From Carcharhinus amblyrhynchos (taxonomy: Eukaryota), in assembly GCA_965287045.1 (NCBI GenBank), contig OZ336899.1, positions 21,886,001-21,950,000 of the forward strand: a DNA stretch of 64,000 bases, given 5' to 3'. Position numbers and translations under genes: made by a program. The number at the start of each line of letters is the position of its first letter. Position 1 is the first letter of the stretch. The notes beneath the pieces are model-generated. The model searched no databases, had not been told where the DNA came from, and worked only from the letters and a program-made list of their open reading frames with translations. Positions 60,710 through 64,000 of the stretch are shown here, in pieces.

Positions 60710-60960
60710 ATAATCTTACAGTGCAGAAGGAGTCATTCAGCCCATCGAGTCTGCACTGAGCACAATTTGTGCTCATCAGTCAAGGCCTATTCCCATAACC
60801 CTATGCACTTCCCTAGCTAGGCCCCCTGATATTAAGGGGCAATTTAGCATGGACAATCCACCTAACCCACTCATCTTTGACTGTGGGAGGAAACCAGAGA
60901 ACCTGGAGGAAAACCCACGCAGACACAGAGAGAACATGCCAACTCCATACAGACAGCGAC
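60710..60960 (-). mobile_element. HE1-like V-SINE, 5'-truncated
   Basis: ACAGTGCAGAAGGAGTCATTCAGCCCATCGAG...GTGGGAGGAAACCAGAG. Confidence 0.75.
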
Positions 60961-62791
60961 GTAATACTCAGGAATAATTTTTTTCACTTTGGATTTACTC
61001 CATTTTCATTTTAGTTGTATTTTTAATATAGAACTGTTGCCCAAAAGTTTAGAAACCTGTATATTGCTTAACATAATGCAGTTCCTGTTTCACCTCCTTT
61101 TTTCTTATGTTGAAATAAGCCCAGCTCACCGATGCTGAGAATCAACGTGGACGTAGTTCTTTTTAGGATGTTTTTGATGTGAGGGTCCTTGATGAAATGT
61201 GGCAAAGTAACCAACCTGGACTGGCCCAAGGCGTTCCATAATGTCACCCTTTTGCAATCTCACCCTGTGCTGTTTCCTTTGTGCCAAATTGATCCGCATT
61301 TCATGTCATTGGGACTTGTGAAGAGTAACTGGATCTTCACAATGCCCTGAGGGACTCCCATCAAAGCGCAAGTTATTATGCTCAAACTCTTGGAAAGATG
61401 GAGCCACCTGGCTATATTGTTTATGGTTTTTCAGGACCAGTGTCCTTCTCAGAGGGAGTGAGAGAATATCACCATGAGATGTATCATCAAACTAAAGTCT
61501 CACACTTCTAGAAATATACAATACCATGAGATTTTCATTCACTTTGCTTCAGTTCTGCTTCATGTATGTTTGGAAACTCTGCCACATGCAACACCAGCTT
61601 GGAGCTGGTTGATTCTAGGTGTGAGAATTGAGATTTGTGGTCATCAGTCAACTCTTGGCCTTTATAAATACCAATGCTGATAATCTCCAACCAACCACCA
61701 CCGTCCCAACAACCCCCCACCCCAGCTCACTCCTCACCTTGTCCTTTTCCTTTGGCTTCCAAAAGGTTAAATAGTCTAGAACCACCTGACTTTCCTCTGC
61801 CAAATAACGGGGCAGGCATTTTATGTTGTGGCATTTTCCTTGGTGAGTGTTTTGATTCAGCAGCAAGCAGAAAATAATTTGTATTGTGGCTATGCCTGAA
61901 TGCCAAAAGAACCTGCAACCTATCCATTGAAGAAAATGTCTTCCAGTGCTCATCACCATTGAGGTATCCTTAACCTGGAGCTGTAGCATCAGCACTGGCA
62001 ACCACTTGTGGTGGCGCTGCTGAGTTACTGGCGCTCAGATTGATCAGGCTTGCAGTTCTGGCAATGGGCTGCTGTTCTCAACTGGATGGTAACCCTGGCA
62101 AAGGCCTGTTGGTTGTCCACTGCCAGCAAAATGCCAACCCACTGTCACACTGGCTACTGGAGCAGAATCAGTTCCTGCTTTCACTCCTGGCATCAAAACT
62201 TCCAGCTCCTTTTGAAAAATTTAGCCCTCCAGAGCATGAATAAGAGAAGTTGGTGAGTGGAATCTTCAGAACCTTTGGTTGCTATTACTGTTGGCTTTTT
62301 TTTTGCTTTATTCTTCATCCAGCCAAATTGCCTGTGCTATCTACAATGGAGCTTTTTATTGGATCTATGTTGCTTTGTTTATTGTACATCATGGTTCCCT
62401 CATTAGATCTGAGACATTACTGAACACTGAAAAAGTGTCCCGTTTGGATGGGAGCCCTCTACTTCCGCAGAAGAAATATTAAAACAGCTAGACTCCTGGA
62501 ACAGCAGAATGTCTATACACATAATTGGAGATAACCACCTACTGTTGATGCTGGTGTTAAGTGAAAGGATGTGTGGTCCTCAGTGTAGGGTTACAGAGAC
62601 AGTTCTAAATGATTGTGTGCAATGAGCTGGACTATACACTAATTTTCAGTCTTGCTTAAAATGCTGCTTCTGATAACCCCATTCTCTTTGCCAATTTGAT
62701 AATGTAACAAAATATATACTTTCATTTAAATGAAAATACCCCAGAAATAAACATTGGTTTCTACACCTTTTTTTGTACTTATTTCCTATAG

Positions 62792-63026
62792 AGGGTGAAT
62801 TGACAGACACAGTCAGCAGCTGCCCTCGATCTGGAACCTCTGAGAGTCTGCCATCAAACAGCAAGCCCAACACCAGGAGCCCAACCCTACGCTACAACCC
62901 CTTCAATAATGAGAAAGAGGAATCTCCGCAAACGCCAAATGGCACTGTTGTGCCACGTCCTGAGCCTGACAGAGAGGCGAGCACACCAGATCTGCAGGAG
63001 AGCAGCACAGAGCTTGAAGTAATTAG
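62792..63026 (+). CDS. PLEKHM2: PLEKHM2 coding exon 8
   Basis: ttcctatag|(E)GELTDTVSSCPRSGTSESLPSNSKPNTRSPTLRYNPFNNE...STELEVIR|gtcagc, phase 1 to 2. Confidence 0.92.
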
Positions 63027-63169
63027 GTCAGCCATTATGATTAGGACTTGACTGAGGAGGTGGCATGTGATTTAACTTTCACTGGAAAATGTACAATCTC
63101 ATTTTGATCCCTGTCTCCTAAAGAGGTGGCATTAACTTTCATGTTGCTTTGTTTGACTTTAGGTATGTG

Positions 63170-63385
63170 ACAGAGTATTGTTCTTCCCAGGTGTCCTTGC
63201 TAATATTTACCTCCCAACCAACATCACATTTTTTAAGAAGTCTGATCACATTGCTACTTATGTGAGCTGACTTTTTGCAAGTTGCCCATATTGTACCAGT
63301 GACTATACTTCAAAAAGTACTTAATTTGCTATAGGGTGCTTTGGGATGCTCTGAGGTTGTGAATGGTGCTGCATAAATGTAGGGT
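63170..63385 (+). mobile_element. Deu-domain SINE 3' half, degraded
   Basis: GGTGTCCTTGCTAATATTTACCTCCCAACCAACATCAC...GTGACTATACTTCAAAAAGTACTTAATT...GCTTTGGGATG. Confidence 0.55.
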
Positions 63386-63979
63386 TTTTTAACCCTTGTG
63401 CCACACCTATCAGTTGTAACTCCCCTGGATCTGTGTGGACTAGTTTGTGAAGAGCTGTGATCCTCAAATATTTGTTTATTGTACATCATAAATATTGCAA
63501 AACTGCCTGGCCACTACTGAAAGGCAGAACCCAATATGTTTGGAAATGAATGTAAGCCCACCATTTATTGTGCACTGAGCACGTATAACCATGTACTATG
63601 TTGCTGTACAGTCTTTGATATCTGCTAGATTTATATTTGCTTTCTGAATTGTCATCTTTCCACAATAAAATGTATAGTCAAAGGGTTCTGTCTATGAACT
63701 AGGAGTGTTCTGCCAATCTTGATTGGACAGTACCAGTGTTCCACTGAGTGTCGGGTGGCAAAACACATTGGGAATAAGACTAATCTTTGACTTTAAGATA
63801 GAAAAATTAATTTTAAATTTAAGTATTTTCATTTTGATCTGTGATTTAGGAAGAGTTCAGCAGGCACACGCCACTTGATTGTCTTCCTTCTTTCTCTTGC
63901 TGTGATGCAGATCAGTTGATTCTGACTGCCCTTCGATACTTGTTGCTGATTCTCATTGTTTGTGATTTCAACTCCACAG

Positions 63980-64000
63980 ATTAGCAAAGAAGAGGAGAAC
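63980..64000 (+). CDS. PLEKHM2: PLEKHM2 coding exon 9, start only (runs off the window)
   Basis: tcaactccacag|A TTA GCA AAG AAG AGG AGA = (R)LAKKRR; phase 2 fits exon 8 and matches the basic stretch after ELEVIR in vertebrate PLEKHM2. Confidence 0.8.

Overview
Eukaryotic, repeat-rich vertebrate genomic DNA. The dense HE1-type V-SINEs, CR1 and Rex1 LINE fragments and Penelope-like elements point to a shark (elasmobranch). Two host genes are present, both on the + strand. The first is the last coding exon of HSPB7 (5486-5671); its earlier exons lie upstream of the window. The second is the 5' part of PLEKHM2/SKIP: a CpG-island promoter at about 34.5-35.1 kb and coding exons 1-9 (34965-64000+), with canonical GT-AG junctions and consistent phases, encoding the RUN domain and both kinesin-light-chain-binding W-acidic motifs. 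The rest is intergenic or intronic DNA with nested retroposons, MITEs with 3-bp TSDs and putative solo LTRs. Almost all ORFs in the supplied track are spurious or repeat-derived. Most notable observations: (i) Penelope-like insertions carrying minimal hammerhead ribozyme motifs, one with an intact core, and sharing an inverted-head plus 3'-tail architecture down to a 33-bp footprint; (ii) a multi-layer nested insertion at 24.3-26.1 kb with an inverted copy of its own target site; (iii) a MITE that captured about 350 bp of nearby DNA; (iv) a likely RBFOX/MBNL-regulated 60-nt PLEKHM2 cassette exon carrying the second W-acidic motif; (v) an overlapping uORF and a 4x repeated promoter motif at PLEKHM2. 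I found no CRISPR array, rRNA or genuine tRNA. I see no evidence of a wholly new biological system; the findings are unusual instances of known families. Repeat boundaries were read by eye and are approximate.
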